Shown here: positions 24,226 through 38,149 of the stretch, in pieces
How the letters are laid out: every line of letters starts with the position of its first letter
Numbering within the stretch: position 1 is the stretch's first letter
Assembly: GCA_976226885.1 (NCBI GenBank)
Contig: OZ320322.1
Coordinates: 15,128,001 to 15,192,000, forward strand
Length of the DNA: 64,000 nt
Source: Iphione sp. A-MEVVRFRX5
Lineage: Eukaryota
Direction: 5' to 3'
Program-made: the position numbers and the translations under genes
Notes under the pieces: model-generated
The model's database searches: none
Seen by the model: the letters and a program-made list of their open reading frames with translations, nothing else
Told to the model about the DNA's origin: nothing

Positions 24226-25584
24226 CTACAGAAGACCTTGGGGAGGGCAACTTGCCTGTCTGTGCTCATGGAGGAGGGTAGGGTATTGCTTGAGGGTGTG
24301 GCAAAGTACCTGCACCTGTCTTCCCTTCCTTAGAGGAAGAAGAGCAGAAGAAGAATCAGCAACCAGGAGGGAGACCGGTTCACATATTTTCCCGGTGGCG
24401 TCAACCTCGAATACCCCTTTGATCACCCAACGCTGGAATGGCCTCAGCTGCTCTTGGAGGAACTGGGTAACAACCAGGTGCCTGTGGAGCTGGTGGGAAA
24501 ATCCCCCCAGGATCCAGTGGCGAGACTCTGCTGATAGATCTGCACCTTCTACTAATAGCCGATGTCAATGTGAGGCAGCCTCTTTGGCGTCGGCTCAACT
24601 GGGAGGTAGAACAGAAAGCAATCAAGGCGGAACCAACTTCCGATTGGGACGAGATGCTGAAGGAATTTGGCTTATTTCTCCGAACTCAAGAGAAACAGGG
24701 GAAGTGGGTACCCAAACCATACCAGAATCCACTAGCGCCACAGAAGCCTTCCAAATCTCCGAAGTGGTCTCCTCTGCCAGAACCAAAACCATCCTCTCAC
24801 GATACAATGGAAAGGATGACAATGGGAAGGCTGGCATTCTCAGTTCGAGGAGTGGACAAGAGTGAGTGAGTGGGATGAAGAGACCAAGAAGAGCATGTTG
24901 GTATTGTTTTCAACAGGGGCAGCATGAGCATTTCACGGTAACTTAACCTCTTCAGAGACCTGTACATACCAGCAGTGCGTTCTGGCCCTGCTGGACTGAT
25001 TTGGGAAAGGCAGAGAGAAGGTCTGTGCAGTTCAGGAGAACCACTCTTTGGAGGACCAAGAGCCAAACCCCCAAGCAGCTGGTGGATGAGGTGTGCTGGT
25101 TGATGCATCAGGCCTATCCTGATATCGAAATGTGAGACTCCTTCTTGGTTGCCTTCTTCCAGGGGGCCCTCAGCAACAAGATGGAAAGTGTATGAGCGCT
25201 GATGTGAAAACTCTTGAGGAAGCAATTCAAGTGGTGAGATGGAGGAACACCCATGCCAGTCAAAAGAACATTTGGGCAGCACAGACGGAAGAGTACTCCA
25301 CAGACCAGAATAAAGTGATAAAGAAAGAGTATGAAGAGAAGTTGGCTTGGAAGAATGGTAAGCTTCCTAAGGAAACCCCAGTGAAAGAAAAGAAGATGCC
25401 TCCTAAAAACGATAAGAAAGCGGTAAAAGGAAAGAACCCTGAGGGAAAATTTGTATGTTTGCATTGTGATTTGGAGGATCATTTCAAGACAGATTGTCCA
25501 AAGTTGAAACCGAATGCTGAACCAGCTTTAACCTTGACAACTTCTGGTAAACAAGGGAGCACCACTGGCTCTGACTTCAAATAG
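24226..25584 (+). pseudogene. gag: Gag of element B
   Basis: Zinc knuckle CLHCDLEDHFKTDC; fragmented upstream capsid-like frames. Confidence 0.7.
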
Positions 25585-28453
25585 GGACAGTGACAGGATC
25601 AGGTCTATATCTCCCTGCAAAGAGGAATAACCAGAGGATCAATTGTTTGATGGATACCGGAGCTGAGATGACTATTGCAAAAGAAGAATTTGCTGTAAGT
25701 AATGCCAGCTGAACCCAGCTGCCTTTAACTAGCATCACAGGGCAGGCAATTCTGACCCTAGGTCAAAGAACCATTACGTTTAAGGTGAATGGACATAGGT
25801 ATGAGACTCCAGTGATTTGGGAAATGATTTCCTCCAAGATCCTCCTTCAATTATCCATAGAAGGAGGTAGCACTGGATAAAAATGTCCATCATTTTACCA
25901 TTAAGTCTGAAAATAGGATAGGAGAGATGAAGTTAAGAAAAGACTTGGAGTTGCCTGCCCATTTGGAAGATCTGTACCAGCATGCTCAGAAGGACTTATC
26001 GGAAGAACAGTGTTATGTAGTTAAGCAAGTTTTATTTGATTTTAAGGACACCTTTTCCACTGGAGGAACTGATATTGGAAAAACTGGTATCATCAAACAT
26101 CCGTTAGACGTGAAGGGGCACCCACCAATTAAACAGAGAGTGTGCCAACTACCTCTGGGCAAATGACAAGAAGAGCAGAAATTGGTACATGAGATGCTGA
26201 ATGCTGGAGTAATACAGGAGAGCTTAGTCCTTGGGCCAGTCCAGTGGTGATGGTGAGTAAGAAGGACAGTTCCACTAGATTTTGTGCTGATTATCAGAAA
26301 TTGAATGAAATAACCAGATAAGATGCCTATCCACTACCACTAATTGATGATTCACTCAACCCAGTGCTAGGAGCTTAGTATTTTTGTTCGTTGGATTTGG
26401 CTAGTGGATATTGGCAAGTGGAAATGGAGAAGAGGATATTCCGAAAACAGCTTTCGGAACATCCCTAGGGCTGTTTGAATGTGTGGTAATGCCCTTCGGT
26501 TTAGTAAATGCTCCAGGCACCTTTGAAAGGCTTACAGATGCGGTGTTACAAGGTTTGACTTGGGAAGAATGTCTAGTATATTTGGATGATATTTGGGTGT
26601 TCGGAAAAACCTTTGAAGACACTATCGAGAGACTTTGAAGAGTGATACAGTGCCTGATGCTTGACTGAAGCTCAAGCCAAAGAAATGTGACTTCTTCCTG
26701 AAGCATATTAACTTTCTTGGTCATATTATGATGGAAGAAGGTATCTCTACTGACCCCCAGAAAATCCAAGCTATTGAAAATTGGATTCCTCCGACTGACA
26801 TCGCTGAAGTGAGAACATTCTTGGGGATGTGCTCTTACTACAGGATGTATGTACATGAGTTTGCTACCTGCTCAGAGCCACTGCAGAAGCTGACAAAGAA
26901 AGGGCATCCCTTTGAATGGAAAGAAGAACAACAGAAGGCACTTGAAGATCTGAAGAAAGCACTGGTGAGTAGCCCTATACTGGTGTATCCTCAAATGAAA
27001 GACCAGTATTATTAAGACACCTATGCAAGTAATACCGGTATCAGAGCAGTGCTGTCTCAAGAACAAGATGGGAAAGAACGAGTGATCCAATGTAACAGCT
27101 GGTCGTTATCTGACACAGAGATGAAGTATTGCATGACCCAAAAAGAGTTGTCAGCAATAGTTCCGACCGTAAAGAAAATGCATTATTATCTGTATGGGCA
27201 AAAGGTCATTACCGAAATGCTGATGCCTTGTCTCAAGTGATACCCTGTAAGCAGTGTGGAGAACATGAGGAGAAGATGTCCATTCCAGTGGTGACAAGGG
27301 GACAGGTCAGTATTACAAGTGACCTACCAAGCAACCTCTGAGAGAAACGCCAAAAACAATTACAAGATGAAGCCATTGGACCAGTGCTCCGATTACATGA
27401 ATAACAAGATGAACTACCCATTTGGTCACAGATTAGTTGACTGCCTTAAGATTCAAAAACATTATGCAAGCAGTGGAATCAGGTGAAAGTGAAGAATGGG
27501 GTATTGTATCGAGTTTGGTATGAATTTGAAGACGAGAGTACCCGGTTGCAGGAGATTTTGTATCTTGAAGATTGGAAGACAGTGTTGTATGAAGTCCATT
27601 CTAGCCCAGCAGGTGCCCACTTCAGAGTAGACCGAACGATTGCATATATAGGTATGTTTTATTATTGGCCAAGAATGTCTGAGGACATACATACTTAAGT
27701 AGCCAAGTGCTTGTGTACCCATCTGCTAAAAACAACAACCCCCGCCAAACCCCTCCACCAATATCTAGTGGGCAAACCAATGAAACAATGGGCATTGTAT
27801 ATATTGCTGGACTGTTTCCTAAGACAATCAAGGGTAATCGATATACCTTGATGGTGGGCGACTATTTCACCAAGTGGCTTGAGGTGTTCTGCTTGCCTGA
27901 CCAACCAGCCATGACAGTGGCAGATGTATTAATTAAAGAGGTCATATGTCACTATGGTGCCTTCTGAGAATTACATTCCAACCAGGGTAGGAATTTTGAA
28001 AGCCAGCTATTCAAAGAACTCTGTGAAACATTTGAAATTTTGAAGACCAGAACGACTCCTTTACATCCACCAGAAGAACAAGGTGAAATTGATGGGACTC
28101 TATACATTGCTGGAGTACAGGAATGGATGTGAACAGCGGCGGCTGTCATTCATGAATGACTTGGAACATCTGCAGAAGTACAAAAGAAGAAATATGATCA
28201 GGGAGTTTGGAAACAGGAAATTCTGAATAACAGTCCCGTTTGGCTGGACTGTCCCCAACAATGCATGAAGAAAGTGAAATCGAGTTTCCTTTGGAGAGGG
28301 CCTTACTTGCATTTGTATGAACTGGATCAAGGAAGACATGTAGTACAGAAAACGCGTACTGGAAAGAGGACAGTAGTGCACAAGAACAGAATTTATGAGT
28401 TTCTAGGAAAGAAATTGCCGAAATGGATTAAGAAAGCTTTAAAAAAGTTATAA
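25585..28453 (+). pseudogene. pol: Pol of element B
   Basis: MDTGAE protease; MPFGLVNAPGTF and YLDD in RT; SSPILVYP in RNase H; MVGDYFTKWLEVF in integrase; WRGPY tail. Confidence 0.92.
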
Positions 28454-29032
28454 AAGGTCTCATGAACCTTGTGACACCTGGGAATGGAAGCTCTTAACAT
28501 TTCAGAGGAAAATCACTGGTCGGCCTCATCACCCAACAAAAATAGATCTGGAGAATGGCAAGTAAAGAAGGTCTCCAAGAGAAGCCCTGAAATGAGAAAA
28601 ATTGTAGAAATATGTCAATAAGCAGCCGAAACAAAGACAAAATTGAAATTTGGCAATATAAAAATTACTAAAATTACCAGCAGCGGTAATATGAACTTGC
28701 ATTTTTTTCAAGCAAGAGTTTGGAGATCAGATGACAGGCTGAAGCGAGTAAGTGGCTGTAGCAAGCAGGCGAGTACCAATGTAGCTGACAACTGAATCTT
28801 GGCAAAGTTTAAAGGTCGTTTGGAACCTGCTCTCATCTATTGAACCTGGAGGAAAATAGATCTGACCCCACCCTTGGGGAGGGATGGGGCAGGTGGAGAA
28901 ATCACAAGAGAGGCAAAACAATTCTCAAAAGTGAGAAGGGGGGAAGTTTTGAATTGCCCACCACTGAGATGATGCTATCCCAGAATGCATTGGACTGGAA
29001 CATCATTTTGCTAACAGCGTCTTTGAAGGAAA

Positions 29033-30500
29033 ATGTCTTGGAGTTGTAGCAAGTGCCAAATCACCCCGCTTTCAACTAAGTATAACCTGGATAGGCATGC
29101 TCGAGAAAAGCATAAAGATCAGATAGCCCGAGGAAGGATCCATTGGATGACGTGCCCAGACTTTCTCCTGCAACGAGACTGGGTTTGAGAATCACCTGGT
29201 GAAGAAACATCATGATGCTCTACTCTCATTTGCCAGGCAGAAGGACTTATTTATCATTTATTATTATTTATTTGCTGTCGAGCCTGCCAATTGGAAAATT
29301 CCTGCAACATCAGCGACCGACAAGAAACGCATTGAAGATACCTGTCTGATGCAGGATTGGAGGCAGCAGCCAGGGGAACCCGTCCTGCTGCGCAGGTGGA
29401 AGGTGTCAGAGGAAGGCTCCAAGACATAAGCCTCCACTTCACAACCAGCCAAGGCATCAAAGTGAGCAACCAGGTCGAAGAAAAAGCTAGAGGAAGGAGA
29501 AAATGAGGGACAGAGTTGTGCACTCGATGTTAGCGACCTAAGCCAATCTGTGTATGATACATCATCAGTGGGCGGGGCGGCTGAGGAAATCTTCCAAGCT
29601 CACCATGGCACGACCACCTCTACATCGGAAGACCAGCGCTCTGCCAAAGCAGAAGCAGGACATCAAACTTACCAGATTGCCTCTATCACCACCACAGACA
29701 CTGTCCAGGAGGCAATGTTGGAAGATGAGGCTTTGGAGGAACTAGAAAACAGACGAAGACAGAAGGATGTGCAGGTCCTCAAGGATGTAGAAGTAACCAA
29801 AGAAGTGGAAGAAGTAACCAAAGAAGTAGAGCCAGCAAGGCAGCAGCTGAATAGGGATGTTGAGCATTCTGTGGAGGAAGTCCGTGCCGATCCTCAAATG
29901 GAAGAGAAACCTCAGCGACAGCAAAAGGCAGAAGACTGACCACACACGATAAAACAGTCGGCAATCAAGGGGACAGGAAAGGTCCCAGATGCTTTTCGGA
30001 AGTGGATCCAGGCAACAGCGGACAGGCTGGTGCATCCCTTTTGTGGGGTGGCGCGAAGAACTCCCTCCAAGGCTGTGAAGGCAGCAGTAAAAATAGAAAG
30101 GCCCCTGGAGGACTGGGAGCAATAGGCTGCCAAACAGAAGTTTATCGTGTCCTTGTCGGAGGCTACTACCATCACCATGGGTACAGGGCTTCTCCCAGCT
30201 GGTGATCCATTAAAGCTGCTCTGAGATCAACCATGGCTACTCCTGCCTGGGTCATGCCAACCCGGGAACATGACCAACATGGGTTTGCCCAACGCCGATG
30301 AGAATTACAAGATGGAGCGACACAACGTGACAGTGCAACATCTTGTCATGCTGGATGAACAGCACCAAGATCCCATCACAGATACTGAATTGGAGGTCCT
30401 CCACATGATGGTGGAGGCGAAGCAGAAGGGGTCCCTCCAGGCCCAGATATGGTGGAATTCGGATCCACGAGGGGAGGTACTCTCTCTCCAAGATGTCTAG
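29033..30500 (+). pseudogene. Accessory ORF3 of element B: 2x C2H2, acidic linker, conserved C-terminal domain
   Basis: CSKC-x13-HAREKH; CPD..(frameshift)..ENHLVKKH; WKIP..WRQQPG; GDPLKLL*DQPWLLLPG..HNVT. Confidence 0.72.
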
Positions 30501-32599
30501 AACAGATGAATCGATGACAAACCTCCTATTTCTCCCCATCCATGATTGAAAGACATTAACAGAAAAATGACCCCTTCCCCGTTTGAAAAAAAATGAAAAA
30601 GGACTTATGGCTTCTACGAAGTCAAAACCTGAAAAAAAACAGAATAAAAAGAAAAAAATTACATTCTTTCAAAGGGCCCTTGGAGACAAACTTGAGCTCA
30701 AGTGTATGCGAGCTGATGTGAAAACGTAGGAAGAAGCAATCTGCGTTGTGGAAATTGAAGAGATGCTAAAATGAAGAAAGTCCACAACATTGTGACAGAG
30801 GATTCGCTAAAAGAACAAATCCAGAAGCTTAAAGAGGAAATGCAGTCAAGACCTGTGGCAGCTATGATGCCTAAGATGATAAAGGCAACAATGCCAGCTC
30901 AACCTAAAGTGAATCTACGACGAGAGAGAGCTAAAGTCAAGAGTACTGGATGGAATGCGCAAGGTAAATTTGTCTGTTGGAATTGTTTCTCAGAAGATCA
31001 TTTTAAGCAAGACTGTCCAAAATTGAAATCTGAAGACGCTGAAGTTTCTAGAAAGAAGGGAAATGCAGAAGTGCCATCATCCAGGAACAGCGAATGGGTG
31101 CAGTGTCAGGTAGAGGTCTGTACCTTCCAGCTAAGATTAAAGGAGAATCCATGGTCTGTCTCATAGATACAGGAGTAGAAGTCACTCTAGCTCAAGATAA
31201 GTTTTGCCATGAGCACCAGAAGAGTACTGAAGTAGTTCTAACAGGGATCACTGCAGAACAAATCCCTACTTCAGGCCACAGAATCCTTGAATTTCATGCT
31301 CATGGACGCATATATGAGACCCCTGCCATTTATGCTGATGTACCAGAAGATGTCATATTGGGAAGTTGTTTCTTAGAAGATCAAGGAGCTGTTTTGAATT
31401 TTCAGAGCAAAATGTCAAGTAACAGAAGTATAAACATCCTGTGAATTTCAAGCCTGAAGATAAGCCTAGTTAAGATTGTTGCAGAGTTGCCTGTTTATCT
31501 ACAGGATTTGTTTTGGTGCTCTGTCAAAGAGTTATCAGTTGATTTACATTCTATGGTTAAGGACATTTTATTAGAGTTTATGGATTCATTCTCATCAGGC
31601 TCAGGAGACATAGGATGTACTGGAGTAATAAAACACCCAATTGATGTCAAAGGACATCTGCCTATAAAGCAGTGAGTAAGACAATTACCTTTACGAAAGT
31701 AACAAGATGATCAAAAGTACAAAGATGCTCGATGCGGGTGTGATCTGTGAAACCAAAAGTTCATGGGCCAGTCCAATAGTCATGGTAAAGAAGAAAGATG
31801 GATCCACCAGATTTTGCATGGATTACAGGAGATTAAATGAGGTGACATGAAAGGATATCTATCTCTTACAACAGATTGACAACTTGTTGAATGCTGTACT
31901 AGGATCTTGTTATTTTTGCTCATTGGACTTAGCAAGTGGCTATTGGCAAGTTGAAATGGAACAAGGAGATACACCCAAAACGGTGTTTGTGAATGAGGTA
32001 CTTTGTGGATTAACATGGACAGGATGTTGGTATATTTGGATGATATCCTGATTTTTGGGAGAGATTTTGAAGAAGTTACTCAATGTCTACGCCAAGTTAT
32101 TCATTGTCTGACAGTTGCAGGATTGAAGATGAAGCCGAAAAAGTGTGCGTTATTTTTTACAGGATATTACTTTTCTTGCGCATGTAGTGACTAAAGAGGG
32201 AACATCCACAGATCCACAGAAAATTGCTGCTATCCAGAATTTGGATTCAACAACAAATCTGACTGAAGTCTGTACTTTTCTAGGTATGTGTTCCTATTAT
32301 TGAGTGTATGTACCGGATTTTGCTATGCGGTCCATGCCGCTCAGGAAGCTTACCAAGAAGCATGTTCCTTTTAAGTGGGGACCTGAACAACAACAAGCAT
32401 TTGAAGATTTAAAATCTGTGCTTACATCTAGTCCTGTACTAGGATATCCATTACCAGAAGGTCAGTATTATTTGTATACCAATGCTAATAGAACCGGAAT
32501 TGGAGCTGTGCTCTCCCAGATGCAGGATGGAAAGGAACAATTTATCGAATGTGAAATCTAGGTATTACTCTAGAGGGGGTAATGTTGTATCTCTCAATG

Positions 32600-34400
32600 G
32601 TGGCAACAGAGGGCACCACTGGTAACAAGCTGTTGGCTGAGGCTCCAACCCCACTTCACTTTGAACAGAGCTGCCGATCATGTTCAGACATTAGCGCCGT
32701 TTGTGTTCGGACATTAGCACGTCCACTTGCCATCTGGTTGAACACTAAAAGGAAACAAGTTCTTCGCTTAGGCATCCCACAGGATACTGCAGGGAAGCCC
32801 TCCTTGAACACTTGAAAGATTTCTCCGATGAGGCCTGCCACGTTCCATTGCCCCACTGTCTCACTGGAGTGGGCAATTATGGGAGGCATACAATTTTGGT
32901 TGGTTATCCCTCGATGATACAGCCTGAATTGAGTAGCTCAAGGGAAGGGCAATGCATGCCTTCCAGCACTCAGCTTCAGGGTCCAGGCCACAGGATAGGT
33001 TAGTGATATGTCCTGACTGATTATCTTCGAAGTGCAAGTAACAACCTCCACATTCTTTGCAATCTGTCTCCGCCATTCATGCCTGCCCAGTTTGATGTAC
33101 TTCCTCACTAGCCTGCCCTGGAAGGAAGTTGATGTACTTTCTCTTTTTGCGACCAAATAATGTTTTTATAATAAAGATTTCTTGAAATGTAATGTATGTT
33201 GGGACGACTCATTGGTCCATTTCCTCAGGTGGGTCGCTGTTGTTGATGGTAGCAGGTGGAGAAGGACTGAACATCTCCACCTCAGGAATCATCTCCAAGG
33301 AGGCATCGAGGACGGCAGATGGTGACGTCGGGGTTGTATTGGCCAATGTCAGGAGGGCATTGTATGCTTCAGGTCCATCCGGATGCACACTGTTGAACAT
33401 GTCTTGTGGTGACATTAACTGCATGTTAATAATTTCCTCCTCTCCCAGGGCCCCAGCTTGGGCTTTGGGAGTGCCAGGGGGAAGCACAGTAAACACAGTT
33501 TTTTTCATTGGGAGGAGGAAGTGCAACCATTTCCATCCCCAGCATATTGTACATAAAGGGCACCCATACTATGAATAATCAGTTGTCATGCAGTTGCAAA
33601 CGATGTGGTGGAGGGACAGCAGAGATTGGGGCCACAACAGCATCTTCATCAGAATTGCTGGCTGGGGAAGGAGGTGGGGTGTTGGCACTCTCCTCGAATA
33701 GTATGGGAGGAAGAAGGCAACCATGGAGGGACAGGATATACACCCTTCCCTCCAAGACTATATCCTCTGGGGCAAGGAGATAAGTTTGCCTAGCATCACT
33801 GAGTCCCCTCCTCCCCAAAACAGTCACCATAAGTGCCCCTTCATGACAGATTGGGTGCACTGTCATCTCTGGGATCCAAAAAGTGAGTGGAGGGCTTCTG
33901 TCTGGAACCCCAGAACGGTGAATGCGAGTTGAAATAGACATGGCTGCGTCTACCAAATTTACTTGGATTTCGGGCCTGAAAAGCCTTTGCATTTTTTAAT
34001 GGTCAGGCAACGGTAACAAACAATCATCCCTGAATCAGTCAGGGTTGCTATCAAACTATGAAGTGGCGAAGCCCTGCAAAGAAACGAAAAATTAAACATG
34101 AATGAAAAAAGATCCACTGAAAATTGAAGAACTTTTGGAAATCCATCAAAATAACATTCAGCATGCACCTGAAAAAGAAATATTTCAGTAAAAAAAAGAA
34201 CATACTTACATTTTTGAGTCTGGAGATGGTCTTGTTATAGGAGCAGCAGTGGTGATCTGTGTCGAAGTTTCTTCTGGAAATAGCGGAAAACAGCAGCAGC
34301 GGTTTCTTTGGCTATGGGCTAATGAACTTTGATGAGATGTGATCCACACCCCATATATACAAAGTTTGGATCTGAAATGAACATCAAAAACTGACATGAT
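32600..34400 (-). pseudogene. Antisense accessory ORF(s) of element B2, possibly spliced
   Basis: Frames 33992-33579, 33526-33209 and 33156-32656 (one internal stop); candidate intron 34074-34209 (AAAT|gtaagt ... ttttcgtttctttgcag|). Confidence 0.45.
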
Positions 34401-34572
34401 GATAGGGTTATGTTAGGTTGCATAATGTTATCCGGTGCGCTGGGTGTGGCAGTGATATTTGAATAGCCCGCCGCTGGACTGCCTCGCATGATCCGTCCCA
34501 TCATGCACTGAACAGGAACGTCTTCCCGGATTGCATCCTTTCAGATCACGCCATTTGTCTTGAAGAAACATC

Positions 34573-36000
34573 ATGGTCATGGCAAAGCATCTGTTTTGTG
34601 ACATCTGCCAAGCTTCGATCAAGGGCCAGAGCAGGCTGAATAAACATTGTGTGAATGTACATGAGATCACTGCCAGCAGCCAACTCCTGAAGATGATCTG
34701 TCTGTGGTGTTCCGACAAGAGGTGTGCACATGAGTCCAAGTCCTTGATGGATCATGTCAAGAGCCAGCATGCCAGTCACGCACACTATGCCATGAGAATA
34801 CCACCAACTATTTGCTCTAAATAACTACTGATGGGAGATCCCGTCAGATTTCGATGAGGGATCTGTGCTCACTATGGAGGCACAAAATCTAGTGTTTGCC
34901 TGGAGACAAAGACCAGGGTAAATTGTCACTCTACGTGGAAAATCCATCGTTGCTGAGGCTGAAGGTAAACCCTCAACTGCTAGCACCAAGAAACAACCCG
35001 GGACATCCCCAAAATGGACCCGTGCGAGTTCCCAATCAGAAGCCACCAAGTTGACCCAAAGGAAAAAAAAACTACAGGAGGAGATCGCTGACCTGCAAAC
35101 CAGTAAATTAAAGAAGAAGGAGGACAAACCTGAACCGGACTCTCCAACAGGGAAATTAGATATCAGCGACATCAGCCTCATCTTGACCACCCCGTCCATG
35201 GAGGCAGATATGAAGCAACTTATGGAGGAGGCAGGGCAAACTTTATTGAGCTTGTCGGACTCTGTTGATATCACAGATCTGTCTCAGACTGATTACAATG
35301 AAGAAAGGCAGTAGACAGGCGAAGTAACAGGAGAAGAGGAGAGAACTGAAGATGGTAAGGGCAAACAAAAGCAAGAAAAAAAGCAAGAACAGAAGAAGAA
35401 TGAGCAAAAGCAAGAAGAATAAAAGACAGGTGAAAAGCTAAAGACAAAGGAAACAGAGGAAGAAAAAGAAAGACAAGAGAAGGTAACATCGAACATGAAA
35501 GAAACCAAGGAAGCGCAGAAAGAGCAACCAAAGATAAAGGAAGGAGGAAAGAAGAAACAGAAAATGAAAGGAACTGAGCCACCTCCCCCTGTGAAACCTC
35601 CACCACAGCGACCTTCAACCCTCCACCAGTGGACAGCAGAAATTGTGGATAGTGTGGCTCCCCATACATGGGAACTGTATGGACCGCCCTGAAGAACAGT
35701 GTACAGCTCAACATCCATATGGAATGGCTGCCGAAGAATTGGGTAGATTGGATGCTGGAACCAAAATATCTGGCCTCCTATTCATTAGCAACCATTGAGA
35801 CACTGAAAGAAGGAAGTTGGGCACCAGGAGACCCCTTCGACCCTCTGCAGGATCAACCTTTCCTGTTGCTCCCGGGGTAGAGGAAGCCAACAGATCCCAG
35901 TTTCTGGAGTGGAAACAAGGACTTTCAGCAGCATAATGCCACCATCAAAGCCATAATGATGCTCCATAGACATGCAATGTATAAGGACATTTGGTTGACT
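34573..36000 (+). pseudogene. Accessory ORF3 of element B2: 2x C2H2, Lys/Glu linker, conserved C-terminal domain
   Basis: CDIC-x12-HCVNVH; CLWC-x14-HVKSQH; WEIP..WRQRPG; WLPKNWVDW..GDPFDPLQDQPFLLLPG..HNATI. Confidence 0.78.
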
Positions 36001-37164
36001 AACTGAGAGGGTCAGTTAGTCTTGGCCTGAGAAACCCGCCAATGACAAGAGGGCACATAACAGGCATGACTGCAAAACGAATCCGAGGCGGTGCAAGAAA
36101 CTCTCTCCTGGAAGAGATGGGCACCTAGGGAGTGAGCGGACTGTTCCTTTTAACCCTAATGGCATCCTTGATTGATCTAATATCCTGAACTGTAATTTTA
36201 CATGCCTAATGCTGTCCTTGATTATTTACAGATATCTGACCATGTCAGATATTCTGTTGTATTGTGCCTGATGCATGTATGTTATTAATTGAATCTGTTT
36301 CAGCACATGGATTGAATTCCAAAGACATTTTTATTTACGCCTTATGCTGTTTTTGATTCACTGTATTTATTTAAGCATATTTAACCAATTTGACTCATCA
36401 AAGGAGCTGTGATACCAAAAAAAGAGATTATTTCGAATTTCAGTTTTTTACGCCATTAAGTAATGAATCCATGAAAGGCAGATCCTTTTCATACTTTTTA
36501 TTTTCTTGTCACACTCCTTGTATACTATATCATATTGTCATGTACTTAATTATTAAGGAAATTCTTGGATCAGAAGGAGAGATATTTATTTCGTAATTTT
36601 ATTTTCCTCTATACCTCAGTATTTGAGATGGTGATCCATTTCATATACATTTTTTTTTTGAGGGATTACTTGTATTCCGTGTTGGCAGCTTCGGTCTTTA
36701 TTCTAAAAAAAATGCTTAACTCCCTTAAGGAGAAGAAATAAATATTATTCTGATTAGTTGAAATCTATGACTTATTTTTTAGTGCCTACCTTAATGGATT
36801 AAAGCAAAACCTGTAATTTAACTTCAAAAATAAGGACTTGGAATAGCCCAGGGAAATCTCTTATCAGACAAGTACATCTCACCCCTGAAAACGTTCATTA
36901 AAATTTAGAGTAATTTAATAAGAGAAACTTATAACCAAAGTAATTTCTAAGATGTTTTATTAATAAAGGAATTGGTTCCCACTTAAAGAAGGTGAGAATG
37001 TGGTGTGTGCATGTATGTAAGCCGAGCACTCTTGCTCAGTGAATTCGTGAAGGGTGGTTTGCGTAAGTTGATCTGTGTCAGGCATATGTCTAGACAGTAT
37101 ACTATTTTTGGTAACTATTATGTAATGCTGTGATATATAAACCTGCATGTTTTCTTAAATAAAC

Positions 37165-38149
37165 AGACCCTATCTCACGAGTCCCTTAGCATGAACTGGA
37201 TCAATCACCTCTCAAAACCTTCAGGAGAGTTGGTTGCAGAACCGCTCCCATTTAGACGGTCTTAATACTAGCTACTGCTTTTAATAACATGGCTAATACA
37301 TTAACATCCTGCAATATAAGTATAGCAACAAGAAAACGAATTACCATGTGCTATGTGTGGACCACACTGCTATATGGAAGTGAGACTTGGACTATCAGCC
37401 AAAACAGTATAAAGAAACTACAAGCATTTGAAATGTGGGTGTACAGAAAAATCATGAAAATATCTTGGACACAGAAAGTCAAAAATGAGGAGGTCTTAAA
37501 CATGATCCAAGATAAGCCCTACATATTGACCACTGTAAAAAGGAGGAAACTAGTATACTTTGGACATATGATTAGAAAAAACAACATGCAGAGACTGCTA
37601 CTGGAAGGAGGAGTGAATGGAAAACGAGGCAGAGGAAGACCTACAGCAGAATGGATTAACAACATAATGGAATGGAGTGGAATAAAGAAATATGATGACC
37701 TGATAAGGAAGGCACAAGATTGCAGAAGCTGGAGGATCATGACAGCCAACCTTCATGATGAAGACGGCACCCAATGATGATGAATACTAGCTCCACGACA
37801 ATCTGAGGATTATCTCCTCTCAATCCATCATCCTGTTCCTGTATTAGATAATGCAATCAGCCACCGGTCCTTCGACAGTTAGTTGCGCCAAATGCTGCTT
37901 AAAGCGGATACCTACCTGAGGTTGAGTCACAAATCCAAATGTATCATGCTCAATAGCTTTCATCCATGGCTTGAAATTCTTGGGCTTCCCATCAAAGCTA
38001 GGTATAACCTGCTTACCTTCCTTAATACTCAGATTTTCAGTGACTTTAGCAAGATGCCGATCAATGCCCTGGAAACACTATTATAAGTTGGGATTCTGGG
38101 GGTCAACATTCATGGGGTCTGGTGGACCTAGAGCCTCAGGATTTTCCAT
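37165..38149 (-). pseudogene. gag: Gag N-terminal half of A2
   Basis: CFQGIDRHLAKVTENLSIKEGKQVIPSFDGKPKNFKPWMKAIEH matches A gag; resumes with WERF..VIDPVHAKG after the RTE insertion. Confidence 0.85.
37274..37782 (+). mobile_element. 5'-truncated RTE-clade LINE
   Basis: RT C-terminus LLYGSETWT..AFEMWVYRKI..YFGHMIR..GKRGRGRP, (GAT)n tail, 10-bp TSD AATACTAGCT at 37264-37273 and 37783-37792. Confidence 0.93.

Larger units (their letters stand above)
23916..30500 (+). mobile_element. Degraded Gypsy element B with zinc-finger accessory ORF
   Basis: LTR and PBS, gag, pol, then ORF3; many stops and frameshifts; 3' LTR absent. Confidence 0.88.
30663..36130 (+). mobile_element. Degraded Gypsy element B2 (relative of B) lacking 5' end and integrase
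   Basis: Homology to B gag starts at ~30663. CWNCFSEDHFKQDC, LIDTGVE, YLDD and partial RNase H to 32561, then a 3.5-kb accessory region. Right boundary approximate. Confidence 0.85.

Noticed and set aside
36232-36252. Hairpin ATATCTGAC-cat-GTCAGATAT
   Set aside because: A single 9-bp stem in AT-rich DNA is expected by chance at this window size
36395-36730. Possible Kolobok/TTAA-type MITE
   Set aside because: Termini match only weakly and the left TSD is TCAA, not TTAA
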